DNA of 61,453 nucleotides from Minisyncoccota bacterium (GCA_023142595.1 JAGLJF010000027.1:1-61453), one strand, 5' to 3'; counted from the first letter of the stretch, positions 20,683-30,640 are shown. A program made the numbers and translations. Notes: a model not told the origin generated them from the letters alone.

Positions 20683-22197
20683 ATGCAAGATATATCAATT
20701 AGAAAATTATATATAATTGTTTTTTCTACAGGAGCTATTGTAATGATTTTAGAATTGATTGGGTCTAGAATTTTGGCTCCAACTTTGGGAACTTCAATTT
20801 TTATATGGACAAGTCTTATCGGGATAATACTCGGAGCTTTGAGTTTTGGATATTATTTTGGTGGACACTTGGCTGATAAAAATCCAAATTTGGAAACATT
20901 TTCCTTTTTGATATTTTTTGCGGGAATTTTCATTTTTTTTATTATTGTGGCAAAAAATTTTATTCTAGAAATTGGCTTTTCGCTTGGAATGAAAAATGGG
21001 GCAGTTTTTTCTTCAATTTTTCTTTTTGTAATCCCTTCATTTTTTCTTGGAACCATCTCTCCCTATGCGGCAAGATTATCTATAAAAAAAGTAGAAGACT
21101 CTGGAAAGACGATTGGAAATTTATATGCTGTTTCAACGTTTGGAAGTATAATAGGAACTTTTTTGGCTGGTTTTTATTTAATTCCAAATTTTGGAAGCAT
21201 AAACATTTTGTATGCGCTTGCGATATCTTTGTTTTTTATATCTTTGTTTATTTATCATAAAAAAGAAAAAATTGTTATATTGTTTTTAAGTTTATTACTT
21301 GTTTTTGGATTTTCTATTACTTCAAAAGCATTTAATAAAGAAAAATATCTTGTAAACGAAGACACTCTTTATGGTCATATAAAAATTTATGATCAAGAAA
21401 AAGCGGATGGAAAAATTCTGAGAATTATGGCGGTTGAGAATTTTTTTGATTCAGGTATGATCTTAGGTTCTGATGAACTTGCTTTTGGTTATACAAAATA
21501 TTATAGGCTTGATAATATTTTTAAAAAAGATGTCAAAAAAGCTGTTCTTTTTGGTGGCGCAGCTTATTCAGTTGCTAAGGATTTTTTACTTCGAAATGGT
21601 AAAGGGGAAATTGATGTTGTGGAAATTGATCCAAAGACAACTCAATTTGCAGAAGAATATTTTGATTTAGATACTGGGAACGCGCGACTAGATATTTATC
21701 ATGAAGATGCTAGAATGTTTTTGAACAATATTGTTAGGAATAATAACGATAAATATGACGTTGTTTATAATGATGCATTTAGTTCGAATTGTTCAGCTCC
21801 ATTTCATTTAACCACAAGAGAGGCTGTTGAAAAAATATATGATATTTTGAATGAGGACGGCATATATATAACTAATGTTATTTCTGCAATTTCAGGAGAA
21901 AAGTCAGAGTTTTTCAGAGCAGAATATAAAACAATTGCTGAAAAATTTGAAAATATATTTGTTTTCTCTGTCGGAGGAGTTTCTTTGGATAAATTAGAGA
22001 CAGTACAAAATATTATTATTGTTGCGACGAAAGAAGATGTAGATATTAATAATATAATAGAAAATAATCAAGACGAGGAAATCGGAAAGCTTTTGGGAAA
22101 TTACTGGAAATACAAAATTGAATTTGATGATGTCAAAATATTAACCGATGATTATGCTCCAGTAAATCATTATACCTCAAAGCTTTGCGTGTTTTAA
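20683..22197 (+). CDS. Multi-TM protein fused to a spermidine-synthase-like methyltransferase-fold domain
   Basis: 504 aa. About 7 N-terminal TM helices are followed by 'VLFGGAAYS..VVEIDPK..DARMFL..YDVVYNDAF'. Confidence 0.7.
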   Translation: MQDISIRKLYIIVFSTGAIVMILELIGSRILAPTLGTSIFIWTSLIGIILGALSFGYYFGGHLADKNPNLETFSFLIFFAGIFIFFIIVAKNFILEIGFSLGMKNGAVFSSIFLFVIPSFFLGTISPYAARLSIKKVEDSGKTIGNLYAVSTFGSIIGTFLAGFYLIPNFGSINILYALAISLFFISLFIYHKKEKIVILFLSLLLVFGFSITSKAFNKEKYLVNEDTLYGHIKIYDQEKADGKILRIMAVENFFDSGMILGSDELAFGYTKYYRLDNIFKKDVKKAVLFGGAAYSVAKDFLLRNGKGEIDVVEIDPKTTQFAEEYFDLDTGNARLDIYHEDARMFLNNIVRNNNDKYDVVYNDAFSSNCSAPFHLTTREAVEKIYDILNEDGIYITNVISAISGEKSEFFRAEYKTIAEKFENIFVFSVGGVSLDKLETVQNIIIVATKEDVDINNIIENNQDEEIGKLLGNYWKYKIEFDDVKILTDDYAPVNHYTSKLCVF

Positions 22198-22227
22198 TTT
22201 ATAAAAATTAGTAAATTATAATAATAT

Positions 22228-23517
22228 ATGAAGAAAGAAAAAAATAAGCTTGAGCTTCTTGCGCCAGCAGGAAGTTTTGAAAAATTGAAATATGCTTTTG
22301 AGTTTGGGGCAGATGCAGTCTATGCAGGTTTGCCTGATTTTTCGCTCAGGGCAAGAATTAATAAATTCGATCAAGACCAGATGATTGAAGCTGTGGATTA
22401 TGCGCATAGCAGAAATAAGAAAATATATATTACGACAAATATTTTTGCGCATAACTATCACTTTGATATTCTGCAAAAACATTTGAAGATTCTCAAAAAA
22501 AATCCGCCAGATGCTTTCATTGCTTCAGATGTTGGGGTTATTCAAGTGATTAAAAAAGTTTTACCTAATGTTGATATTCATCTTTCAACTCAGGCAAACA
22601 CTACAAATTGGCAAACAGCAAAATTTTGGTATGACCAAGGTGTGAAAAGAATTGTGTTGGCTCGGGAATTAACCTTGGAAGAAATTAAAGAAATTCATCT
22701 GAAGGTGCCAAAATTGGAATTGGAATATTTTGTGCATGGAGCAATGTGTATGGCCTATTCCGGCAGGTGTCTTTTGAGTTCTTGGGTGATAGGCAGAAGT
22801 TCAAATTTAGGAGATTGCGCGCAAAATTGTAGATGGCAATATTCTCTTGTTGAAAAAAATAGGAAAAATGAATATATTCCAGTTGAGCAAGACGGCAATG
22901 GTACATATTTATTAAACTCAAAAGACTTGTGTCTAATTGCATATCTTGATGAGCTGAAAGGTGCTGGCATAACTTCATTCAAAATTGAAGGACGGGCGAA
23001 AAGTGTTTATTATCTTTCGCAAATTGTAAAATCATATAGGCGAGCGCTTGATATAAAAAATAATGATACGGATAAGAAGAAAAAAATCCGAAAGATTAAA
23101 AAGGAAATAGACAAACTTGTAAATCGGACATATACGACTGGATTTCTTTTTGGGGAGTGCAAATTCAAAGGTCAGGAAACAAAATTTTCTCACACAAAAG
23201 AAGAATATGAATTTGTAGGAGAAGTTCTCGAGCTAGAAGTTAAAAATCAAAAAGTCAAAAGTAATAATTATCATTTAGTAAAAATTAAAGTTCATAATTC
23301 TCTTTTAGTAGAAGATAGAGTTGAATTTATTCAGCCAAAAGGGGATAATATTTTTTGCAAAATCAAAAACATCTATGACGATAAAACCCAAGAAAAATTA
23401 AAATCTGCACATGGCGGACAGGATAGAATGGTCTATATTGAAATTAGTAAAATGCCAGAGGTTTTTAGTGTGATGAGGAGGAAATTAAAAAAGAAAGAAA
23501 AAACTTATAAAGGGTGA
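22228..23517 (+). CDS. Peptidase U32 family protein
   Basis: 429 aa. 'ELLAPAG..E.LK.A...GADAVY.G' and 'E.FVHGAMC.AYSGRC' are U32 signatures. Confidence 0.85.
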   Translation: MKKEKNKLELLAPAGSFEKLKYAFEFGADAVYAGLPDFSLRARINKFDQDQMIEAVDYAHSRNKKIYITTNIFAHNYHFDILQKHLKILKKNPPDAFIASDVGVIQVIKKVLPNVDIHLSTQANTTNWQTAKFWYDQGVKRIVLARELTLEEIKEIHLKVPKLELEYFVHGAMCMAYSGRCLLSSWVIGRSSNLGDCAQNCRWQYSLVEKNRKNEYIPVEQDGNGTYLLNSKDLCLIAYLDELKGAGITSFKIEGRAKSVYYLSQIVKSYRRALDIKNNDTDKKKKIRKIKKEIDKLVNRTYTTGFLFGECKFKGQETKFSHTKEEYEFVGEVLELEVKNQKVKSNNYHLVKIKVHNSLLVEDRVEFIQPKGDNIFCKIKNIYDDKTQEKLKSAHGGQDRMVYIEISKMPEVFSVMRRKLKKKEKTYKG

Positions 23518-23629
23518 TGAGCACCTTTTTAGATATTCTTTTTCGATAGCTTTAAGATTTCAAGGTTGATATATATTTGAATTTTTGTTAGAATAGGAAA
23601 GTAAAAATAATTAATAAATAAATTAAATT

Positions 23630-24190
23630 ATGGAAAAGAAAATTTTAGTTTCGCTGATTGTTTTAATTATTTTAATGATTGGAGTTATATTATTAAAGGA
23701 TAGTGAAAAAGAAGGTGAATTGCAAAAAAATACTACCATTAAAGATGAAAATATAATTGATGATAGCCAATCTGATATAGAAAATGAAATTGTTCAAGAA
23801 AACAGTAAAGAGAATAAAATTGAAGAAATTATAAAAGAAGATAATCAACCTAACAAAGAAGAAATGGAATTAAAAATTGAAGTTTTACAAGAGGGAGCTG
23901 GCGAAGTTGTGACAAAAAAAGGTGATACGATTTCTGTTCACTATACAGGAACATTGAAAGATGGTACAAAATTTGATTCAAGCGTTGATAGAGATACACC
24001 GTTCTCATTTACAATCGGAGCAGGACAGGTTATTCAAGGCTGGGAGCAAGGTACATTGGATATGAAAATTGGAGAAAAGAGAAAGCTGACAATTCCAGCT
24101 GAATTGGGATACGGTGCGACCGGAGCTGGCGGAGTAATTCCACCTAATGCGACTATAATTTTTGATATTGAATTGATGGGAATTCAATAA
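23630..24190 (+). CDS. Membrane-anchored FKBP-type peptidyl-prolyl isomerase
   Basis: N-terminal TM with a C-terminal '[16 protein letters not shown]', 'F..G.GQVI.GW' and '[12 protein letters not shown]'. Confidence 0.88.
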   Translation: MEKKILVSLIVLIILMIGVILLKDSEKEGELQKNTTIKDENIIDDSQSDIENEIVQENSKENKIEEIIKEDNQPNKEEMELKIEVLQEGAGEVVTKKGDTISVHYTGTLKDGTKFDSSVDRDTPFSFTIGAGQVIQGWEQGTLDMKIGEKRKLTIPAELGYGATGAGGVIPPNATIIFDIELMGIQ

Positions 24191-24281
24191 AAATATTTTA
24201 AAATTATTGATGATTTTATTTCCCCCTGATAAGGGGGATTAAGGAGGTTTTGAATATAAGTGGTACTAAAATTTACAAGAT

Positions 24282-24312
24282 AAAAAGTTCAGAGATGCTT
24301 CTGAACTTTTTT
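24282..24312 (+). terminator. Intrinsic terminator
   Basis: AAAAGTTCAGA / TCTGAACTTTT stem, 6-nt loop, T-run. Confidence 0.75.
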
Positions 24313-24349
24313 GATGGACGATGTGTAAGATTTTATAGCGCTCTTGTGT

Positions 24350-24513
24350 GTCATTCCCGTGAAAACGGGAATCTAGGATTAGATTTTAGTTTATAGTCAT
24401 TCTGAAGAGGTACGACGAAAAATTCCGATTTTATGTACACTTAATTGTTAATTAACATAAAATGAATCTTCTCACGGGATTCTTCATTTCGCTATTGCTT
24501 CATTCAGAATGAC
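24350..24513. repeat. Palindromic repeat units (REP/MITE-like family), two copies
   Basis: One unit is GTCATTCCCGtgaaaaCGGGAATC (24350-24373). The other is a 118-bp segment bounded by the 11-bp inverted termini GTCATTCTGAA (24396) and TTCAGAATGAC (ending 24513). Confidence 0.7.
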
Positions 24514-24619
24514 GGGAGTGTAAAAATTTTCTCGCAGGATTTTTAACTTACTGTCCTAATCTTTGACTTTTCACATATTTTTTGCTAGTATATTTGGGTA
24601 ATTGATAAAAATAATAATT

Positions 24620-26074
24620 ATGTCAAAAGGAGAAGTTGTTTTGAGATTTGATGAAGTCTCGTTTGAATATTTACACAAAAAGCCAATTTATAAAGAGGCT
24701 AGTTTTTCTGTGCGTGATGGCTCGAAAATAACTTTAATGGGGCAAAATGGCGCTGGAAAAAGTACAATGTTTGATTTGATTATAGGAAAGCTAAAACCGA
24801 CAAAAGGAAAAATTTCAATTATAAATGATGTTACTATTGGAATTGCTAAACAGGTTATTGAAAAATCAGATTTGAATCTTTCGGTTCAAAAATATTTTGA
24901 AAAGGCTTATGACAAAGTGTCTCACAATGCTCCGGGTGAAATGAAAAAAGTTCTTGATGCTGTAAATTTGAATGTGCCAATTGAAAAGAAGGTAGAAGAT
25001 CTCTCGGGTGGTCAGCAAGCACGATTGCTCTTGGCCTTTGCTCTGATTCAAAAGCCAGACATTCTTTTGTTAGATGAGCCGACGAATAATTTAGACGAAG
25101 ATGGAATTGCACATTTGATTAATTTTTTGATGATGTATGAAAAAACTGTGATTGTCATCTCTCATGATGCTGATTTTTTGAATTGTTTCACAGATGGAGT
25201 AATCTATCTTGATGTTTTCACTCATAAGACAGAACAATATGTAGGCGATTATTATTCAGTGACGGCTGAAATTGAAAACAGAATTGAAAAAGAAAAAAAG
25301 AAAAATGCACAACTTGAAAAAAATATCAAAGATCGAAAAGAAAAAGTTAATTTCTTTGCTCACAAAGGAGGCAAGATGAGGAAGCTTGCCAAGAAGATGA
25401 AGGAAGAAATTGAGGAAGACGAGGAAAATAAAGTTGATGTCAGAAAAGAAGATAGGACGATTAGAGATTTCACCATTCCAGCTCAGGAAATTGTTGGCAA
25501 GATTGTTGAGATTAATTCCGTGAAAGCCTTGATTAATGGCGAAGAGATAACAAAAGAAAAAGAGTTGACTCTCAGAAAAGATATTCATATGTTGATAAGT
25601 GGTCCTAATGGTGTTGGTAAAAGTACATTTTTGAAGAACCTGCTTTCAGGAGATTCGTCTGATCATAAAATTCTTGAAGGAGTTCGTGTTGGATACTATA
25701 GTCAAGATTTTTCATCTTTGGATTATGATCAAACTGTAATTGATTCTCTTTCTGACGCTATAATTGGAGAAAATGATATTCAACAAATGAGGTCAATCGC
25801 TGCTGGATTTTTGATAACTGGTGAGTTGATGGGACACAAGGTTTCTGACTTATCAGAAGGGCAAAAAGGACTTTTGAGTTTTGCTCGTTTGGTGTTGATG
25901 CAACCCGGATTGTTGATTCTTGATGAGCCAACAAATCACATTAATTTTCGTCATATTCCTGTTATAGCCAAAGCGCTTGATCAATATGAGGGAACAATGA
26001 TTATGGTTAGTCATATGGAGGAATTCATTGAGCAAATCAGAATTGATGAATTTTTGGATTTGGGCGGTTTGTAA
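24620..26074 (+). CDS. ABC-F family ATPase (two ABC domains, no TM)
   Basis: Two Walker A motifs ('GQNGAGKST', 'GPNGVGKST'), two signature motifs ('LSGGQQ', 'LSEGQK') and a charged linker. I prefer the ATG at 24620 to the TTG at 24602. Confidence 0.88.
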   Translation: MSKGEVVLRFDEVSFEYLHKKPIYKEASFSVRDGSKITLMGQNGAGKSTMFDLIIGKLKPTKGKISIINDVTIGIAKQVIEKSDLNLSVQKYFEKAYDKVSHNAPGEMKKVLDAVNLNVPIEKKVEDLSGGQQARLLLAFALIQKPDILLLDEPTNNLDEDGIAHLINFLMMYEKTVIVISHDADFLNCFTDGVIYLDVFTHKTEQYVGDYYSVTAEIENRIEKEKKKNAQLEKNIKDRKEKVNFFAHKGGKMRKLAKKMKEEIEEDEENKVDVRKEDRTIRDFTIPAQEIVGKIVEINSVKALINGEEITKEKELTLRKDIHMLISGPNGVGKSTFLKNLLSGDSSDHKILEGVRVGYYSQDFSSLDYDQTVIDSLSDAIIGENDIQQMRSIAAGFLITGELMGHKVSDLSEGQKGLLSFARLVLMQPGLLILDEPTNHINFRHIPVIAKALDQYEGTMIMVSHMEEFIEQIRIDEFLDLGGL

Positions 26075-26113
26075 CGGAATTTCAATATTCACTATATAAC
26101 GGAACAACGAAAA

Positions 26114-26141
26114 TTGACATAAATTTATAATATGCTATACT
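26114..26141 (+). promoter_or_regulatory. Extended -10 promoter upstream of nusA
   Basis: TTGACA (26114-26119), 16-nt spacer, TGcTATACT (26133-26141). Confidence 0.55.
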
Positions 26142-26167
26142 GTATTTGTATTTAGGAAGCTACGATT

Positions 26168-26197
26168 ACCTGCCACAGAAATGGACAGGTTTTTTTA
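26168..26197 (+). terminator. Terminator-like hairpin in the nusA leader, or a late terminator of the ABC-F gene
   Basis: ACCTGCCA / TGGaCAGGT stem with a 6-nt loop and T7 run. It lies 37 nt before the nusA ATG. Confidence 0.55.
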
Positions 26198-26233
26198 AAA
26201 GCTAAATTATAATTAAGTAAATAAATTAAAATA

Positions 26234-27523
26234 ATGGAACATAAACAATTTGTATTGGCAATTGAGCAGATATGTGAAGAAAAGGGAATCTCAAAAGAAA
26301 AGGCTATTGAAATAGTAGAGGCTTCTTTGGCGGCTGCCTATAAAAAGGAATATGGGAAAAAAGGACAAATGATTAAGGTTAATTTTGATGCAATATCAGG
26401 AGGTATGGAAGTATTTCAGATCAAAGTTGTTGCTAATGAAGATGAGGAAATTGATGAAGATGAAAACGAGGTCGTAGAAGATGAATTTGATGAAAATGGA
26501 GAAAAAATTATCAAAAAGAAATTTAACATTGATAAGAATATAACTGTTGAAGAAGCAAAAGAATACAAGAAAAATCCTGAAATTGACGAGGAAATTGAAA
26601 TTCCATTGCCTGCTAAAGATGATTTTGGAAGAATTGCAGCTCAGACTGCCAAGCAAGTAATGATTCAAAAGATAAGAGAAGCGGAGAAGGAATCAATTTT
26701 TGATGAGTTTAAAGATAAGGAAGGGGAGGTTGTTAATGGTGTTGTGCAGAGAATTGAAGGAAGAAATGTTTTTATAGATATTGGAAAAGCTGTTGGTGTT
26801 CTTTATCCAGCGGAGCAGATTGCTGGAGAGAGATATAATATTGGACAAAGACTCAAGATATTTATTGTTAGAATTGATAGAGACGCAAAAGAAGCAAGTC
26901 TTGTTCTTTCAAGAACAAATTCGGAAATTATTCGGAAACTTTTTGAACTTGAAGTTCCAGAAATATTTTCAAAAACGGTGGAAATCAAGTCCATTGCTCG
27001 TGAAGCTGGTTCAAGAACAAAGGTGGCAGTATTTTCCAATGAGGACGGCATAGATCCGGTTGGTTCTTGTGTTGGTCAAAGAGGATCAAGAATTCAAACA
27101 ATTATAAATGAGCTTGGTGGGGAAAAAATTGACATTACAGAGTGGAGTGATAATTCAGATAAATTTATACAAAATGCATTGTCTCCTGCAAAAGTTGTTC
27201 ATCTTGATATTGATGAAGAAAAAATGCATGCCGTTGCTTTTGTTGAAGAAGATCAGCTTTCTCTTGCGATTGGAAAACAAGGACAAAATGTTCGTTTAGC
27301 CGCGAAATTAACTGGTTGGAAAATTGATATTTTAGAAGATAAGAAAAAAGAAAAAGATGAGGATAGTGCAGAAATTGATAAGGAGGAAATTACAGAAAAG
27401 ACTGAAGGAAAAGATGATGCTTCTGAGGAAGTTGAAGTTGAAAAAAAGCAAAGCGTTGAAAAAGAATCTGAAAAGAAAGTAAAAAGACAGATAAAAAATA
27501 ATTTTTATAAACTATTAAAATGA
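26234..27523 (+). CDS. nusA: Transcription termination/antitermination factor NusA
   Basis: 429 aa with an S1-like segment ('G.VV.G.V.R.E...V.IDIG'), two KH motifs ('GSCVGQRGSRIQ', 'AIGKQGQNVRLA') and an acidic tail. Confidence 0.92.
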   Translation: MEHKQFVLAIEQICEEKGISKEKAIEIVEASLAAAYKKEYGKKGQMIKVNFDAISGGMEVFQIKVVANEDEEIDEDENEVVEDEFDENGEKIIKKKFNIDKNITVEEAKEYKKNPEIDEEIEIPLPAKDDFGRIAAQTAKQVMIQKIREAEKESIFDEFKDKEGEVVNGVVQRIEGRNVFIDIGKAVGVLYPAEQIAGERYNIGQRLKIFIVRIDRDAKEASLVLSRTNSEIIRKLFELEVPEIFSKTVEIKSIAREAGSRTKVAVFSNEDGIDPVGSCVGQRGSRIQTIINELGGEKIDITEWSDNSDKFIQNALSPAKVVHLDIDEEKMHAVAFVEEDQLSLAIGKQGQNVRLAAKLTGWKIDILEDKKKEKDEDSAEIDKEEITEKTEGKDDASEEVEVEKKQSVEKESEKKVKRQIKNNFYKLLK

Positions 27524-28452
27524 AAAACAAAATAATTTCAATTGGACATAAAAATCCTGATACAGATTCTGTTTTATCTGCAGTTTTGGTTTCAAGATTT
27601 GGAAAAAAGATATTTGGAGTTGAAATTGAGGCTGTTATGGCTGGGGATGTTAATAATGAAACAAAGTTTATTCTTGAAAAATTGAAAATCAAAAAACCGA
27701 GAATTCTAAAAGTAATAAAAAAAGAAGTTATTGTTTTGGTAGACACGACAGAACCGAAGCAAATTATTGACGGACTAACGGAAGATAATTTAATGGCAAT
27801 TATTGATCATCATAATCTTGGTGGATTGAAATCGTCAAAGCCAATTTTCACTAGAGTTGAGTCGATTGGATGTACTGGTTCCGTAATATATAAAATTTTG
27901 AAAGAAAAGAATATTAAGATTGATAAGACATCGGCTATATTAATGATTACTTGTATTATTTCTGATACATTGAATTTTAATTCTCCGACAACAACGCTAG
28001 ATGACAAAAAAATATTCAAAGAATTGAATCAAATTGCAAAACTGGATATGAAAAAATTTGTTGGTAAATTATTTTTTGCTAAATCAAGCTTGAAAGGAAT
28101 CTCTGTAAATGATATAATTAGCAAAGATTACAAGCAGTTTGATATGGGAAAGTATAAAGTTGGGATTGGTGTTTGGGAAACAACAGCTCCCGAAACCGTT
28201 AATGTTCAAAAGGATAAAATTATTAAATCTCTTGTAAAGAAAAAGGATCAGGAAAAAATAGATTATATGTTTTTTTCAGTAGTGGATATTGTCAAAAATA
28301 ATTCTGATTTATATATTATTGGAAAAGAAGAACAAGGATTGGCTAAAAAAGTTTTTTCAGGAAATATGAAAGAGAATCTAATGTTTTTAAAGGGAGTAGT
28401 TTCTAGAAAAAAACAAGTAACTCCACAGCTAAGAGATGGATTAGGAAAATAA
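27520..28452 (+). CDS. ppaC: Family II (Mn-dependent) inorganic pyrophosphatase, DHH/DHHA2
   Basis: 310 aa with 'GHKNPDTDS' and 'DHHN'. The C-terminal 'LKGVVSRKKQVTPQL' matches the remembered PpaC C-terminus. The ATGA overlaps the nusA stop. Confidence 0.8.
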   Translation: MKNKIISIGHKNPDTDSVLSAVLVSRFGKKIFGVEIEAVMAGDVNNETKFILEKLKIKKPRILKVIKKEVIVLVDTTEPKQIIDGLTEDNLMAIIDHHNLGGLKSSKPIFTRVESIGCTGSVIYKILKEKNIKIDKTSAILMITCIISDTLNFNSPTTTLDDKKIFKELNQIAKLDMKKFVGKLFFAKSSLKGISVNDIISKDYKQFDMGKYKVGIGVWETTAPETVNVQKDKIIKSLVKKKDQEKIDYMFFSVVDIVKNNSDLYIIGKEEQGLAKKVFSGNMKENLMFLKGVVSRKKQVTPQLRDGLGK

Positions 28453-28548
28453 TTATAACTTGTCATTTGAATTAGATTTAGAATTTTTGTTTTTTTAAAA
28501 TAGATATAGATTAATGTAAATTTATAAAATTATGCTGTATATATAAAA

Positions 28549-28573
28549 GATCCTGAAATAAATTCAGGATGAC
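28549..28573. repeat. Palindromic repeat unit (ATCCTGAA variant) in the tig 5' region
   Basis: GATCCTGAAataaaTTCAGGATGAC, 32 nt upstream of the tig ATG. Confidence 0.7.
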
Positions 28574-28604
28574 AGAGGAAATAAAAAATTAACAATAAAA
28601 AATA

Positions 28605-29891
28605 ATGAAAAGTGAAATCAATGATTTAGAAAAGTCACAAAAAGAAATCATAGTAGAAATTTCTACAGAAGAAATGGAGAAATATATGGAGAAAGCTTTG
28701 GAAAAAATGTCAAAAAATGTCAAAGCTGATGGGTTTCGTGCAGGAAAAGTTCCGAAAGATGTTGCTAAAAAACAAATTGGAGAGTTGGCTCTTTTTGAAG
28801 AAGCAACACATGAAGCTATCGAGAGTTCATATTTGAAAATTATTGAAGAAAATAAATTAAGTCCAATTGGACATCCAAAGGCTGATATCACAAAATCGGC
28901 TCTCGGAAATCCTTTAGAATATAAGATTATAATTTCCGTACTTCCCGAAGTAAAGTTGGGTGATTATACAAAAATTTCTGGAAAAATTGAGATTAAAGAA
29001 ATTGAAAAAGGAAGAGTTGAAAAAGAATCGGAAATGCTTCAGAAGAAAAGAGCAAAATATATTACCAAAGATGCAAAAGCTGAAAAAGGAGATCGTGTAG
29101 AAATTGATTTTGAATCAAGAGTTGGTGGTGTAAAAATTGAAGGAGGAGAAAGTAAAAATCATCCTTTGGTTATTGGAGAAGGAAAATTTATTCCCGGATT
29201 TGAAGATAATCTAGTTGGAATGAGTAAGGATGATATCAAAAAATTTAGTTTGATATTTCCAGAAGATTATAAAAAAGAATTGGCAGGAAAAAATGTTGAT
29301 TTCAAAGTTGAATTGAAAATTGTGCAAAAGGTTGAACTTCCTGAATTGAATGACGAATTCGCAAAAAGTCTTGGAAAATTTGAAAATGTAGATAGTTTGA
29401 AAAAAAGCATCAAAGACGGGATTATGGCAGAAAATGAAAACAAGGCTAAGGAAGAGCTTAAGAATAAGTTAATTGATCAAGTAAGCGAAAAATCAACAAT
29501 TGACATACCAGATGTTTTGATTGATTCTGAGATTGAAAATATGCTTAAGGAATTTGAAAATAATGTTACATATTCTGGAATTAAATTTGAAGACTATCTT
29601 GTGAGCGTGAATACGAGTGTTGAAAAATTGAAAGTTGAATGGAGGGAAATGGCGGAAAAAAGAGTAAAGACTGGACTCGTAATGAGAGAAATTTCTGTTA
29701 AGGAGGAAATTAAACTTGATGATAAAGAGATTGAAGAAAGAGTAAATGAAACTTTGAAACATTATCCAAATGCAGAAGAAATGAGAAAAAATATGGATAT
29801 AGAAAAGTATAAAAATTATGTCGCAGGGATTATGATAAATGAAAAAGTTTTTGAAATTTTAGAAGTGATTGCGGAGAAGAACGGGAAATAA
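28605..29891 (+). CDS. tig: Trigger factor
   Basis: 428 aa. 'GFRAGKVP' is the ribosome-binding signature, followed by a central FKBP-like segment. It lies immediately upstream of clpP. Confidence 0.9.
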   Translation: MKSEINDLEKSQKEIIVEISTEEMEKYMEKALEKMSKNVKADGFRAGKVPKDVAKKQIGELALFEEATHEAIESSYLKIIEENKLSPIGHPKADITKSALGNPLEYKIIISVLPEVKLGDYTKISGKIEIKEIEKGRVEKESEMLQKKRAKYITKDAKAEKGDRVEIDFESRVGGVKIEGGESKNHPLVIGEGKFIPGFEDNLVGMSKDDIKKFSLIFPEDYKKELAGKNVDFKVELKIVQKVELPELNDEFAKSLGKFENVDSLKKSIKDGIMAENENKAKEELKNKLIDQVSEKSTIDIPDVLIDSEIENMLKEFENNVTYSGIKFEDYLVSVNTSVEKLKVEWREMAEKRVKTGLVMREISVKEEIKLDDKEIEERVNETLKHYPNAEEMRKNMDIEKYKNYVAGIMINEKVFEILEVIAEKNGK

Positions 29892-29897
29892 GTTAAT

Positions 29898-29974
29898 GTC
29901 ATTCTGAATTTATTTCAGAATCTTCTGTCTCTTGATGTAAAATAACAAAGATCCTGAAACAAGTTCAGGATGAC
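29898..29974. repeat. Paired palindromic repeat units between tig and clpP
   Basis: GTCATTCTGAAtttaTTTCAGAATC (29898-29922) and GATCCTGAAacaagTTCAGGATGAC (29950-29974) are mutually inverted. Confidence 0.75.
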
Positions 29975-30000
29975 AAAAATTAACTATTAATACAAAACTT

Positions 30001-30576
30001 ATGAATTTAATACCAACAGTGATTGAAAAATCTTCTGATGGCGAGAGAGCTTATGATATTTATTCAAGACTTCTTAAAGACAGGATTATTTTTCTCGGTG
30101 GTCCGATTAATGATGCGGTTGCGAATACGATAATTGCTCAACTTTTATTTTTGGAAAAGCAAGATGAAAAAGCTGATATAAAGATTTACATAAATTCTCC
30201 AGGTGGAATTGTAACTTCGGCTTTGGCGATTTATGATACGATGAATTATGTTAAGTGTGATGTCTCAACTGTGTGCATCGGAATGGCTGCTTCAGCTGCT
30301 TCTCTTTTACTTTCGTCAGGTGCAAAAGGAAAGAGGTTCGCGCTTCCAAATGCAGAAATTATGATCCATCAAGTGATGGGAGGAGCTGAGGGTCAAGCAA
30401 GCGATATTGAAATTTCAGCTCGACACATTCTGAAAATCAAAGAAAGATTGAATAAGATATTGGTAAAAAATACCGGACAATCACACGAAAAAATTGAAAA
30501 AGATTCTGATAGAGATTACTATATGAGTGCAGAAGAGGCAAAGAAATATGGAATTGTTGATAAGATTGTGAAGTAG
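30001..30576 (+). CDS. clpP: ATP-dependent Clp protease proteolytic subunit
   Basis: 191 aa with '[17 protein letters not shown]', 'GMAASAA' (catalytic Ser) and 'IMIHQ' (His). Confidence 0.95.
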   Translation: MNLIPTVIEKSSDGERAYDIYSRLLKDRIIFLGGPINDAVANTIIAQLLFLEKQDEKADIKIYINSPGGIVTSALAIYDTMNYVKCDVSTVCIGMAASAASLLLSSGAKGKRFALPNAEIMIHQVMGGAEGQASDIEISARHILKIKERLNKILVKNTGQSHEKIEKDSDRDYYMSAEEAKKYGIVDKIVK

Positions 30577-30605
30577 AAAAGACTGATTATTTAAAGTGTT
30601 ATCAG

Positions 30606-30640
30606 TGACGGGCAACCCAAAAGGTGCTCGTCATTTTTTT
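30606..30640 (+). terminator. Intrinsic terminator after clpP
   Basis: TGACGGGC / GCTCGTCA stem (one G-U pair) followed by T7. Confidence 0.75.
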
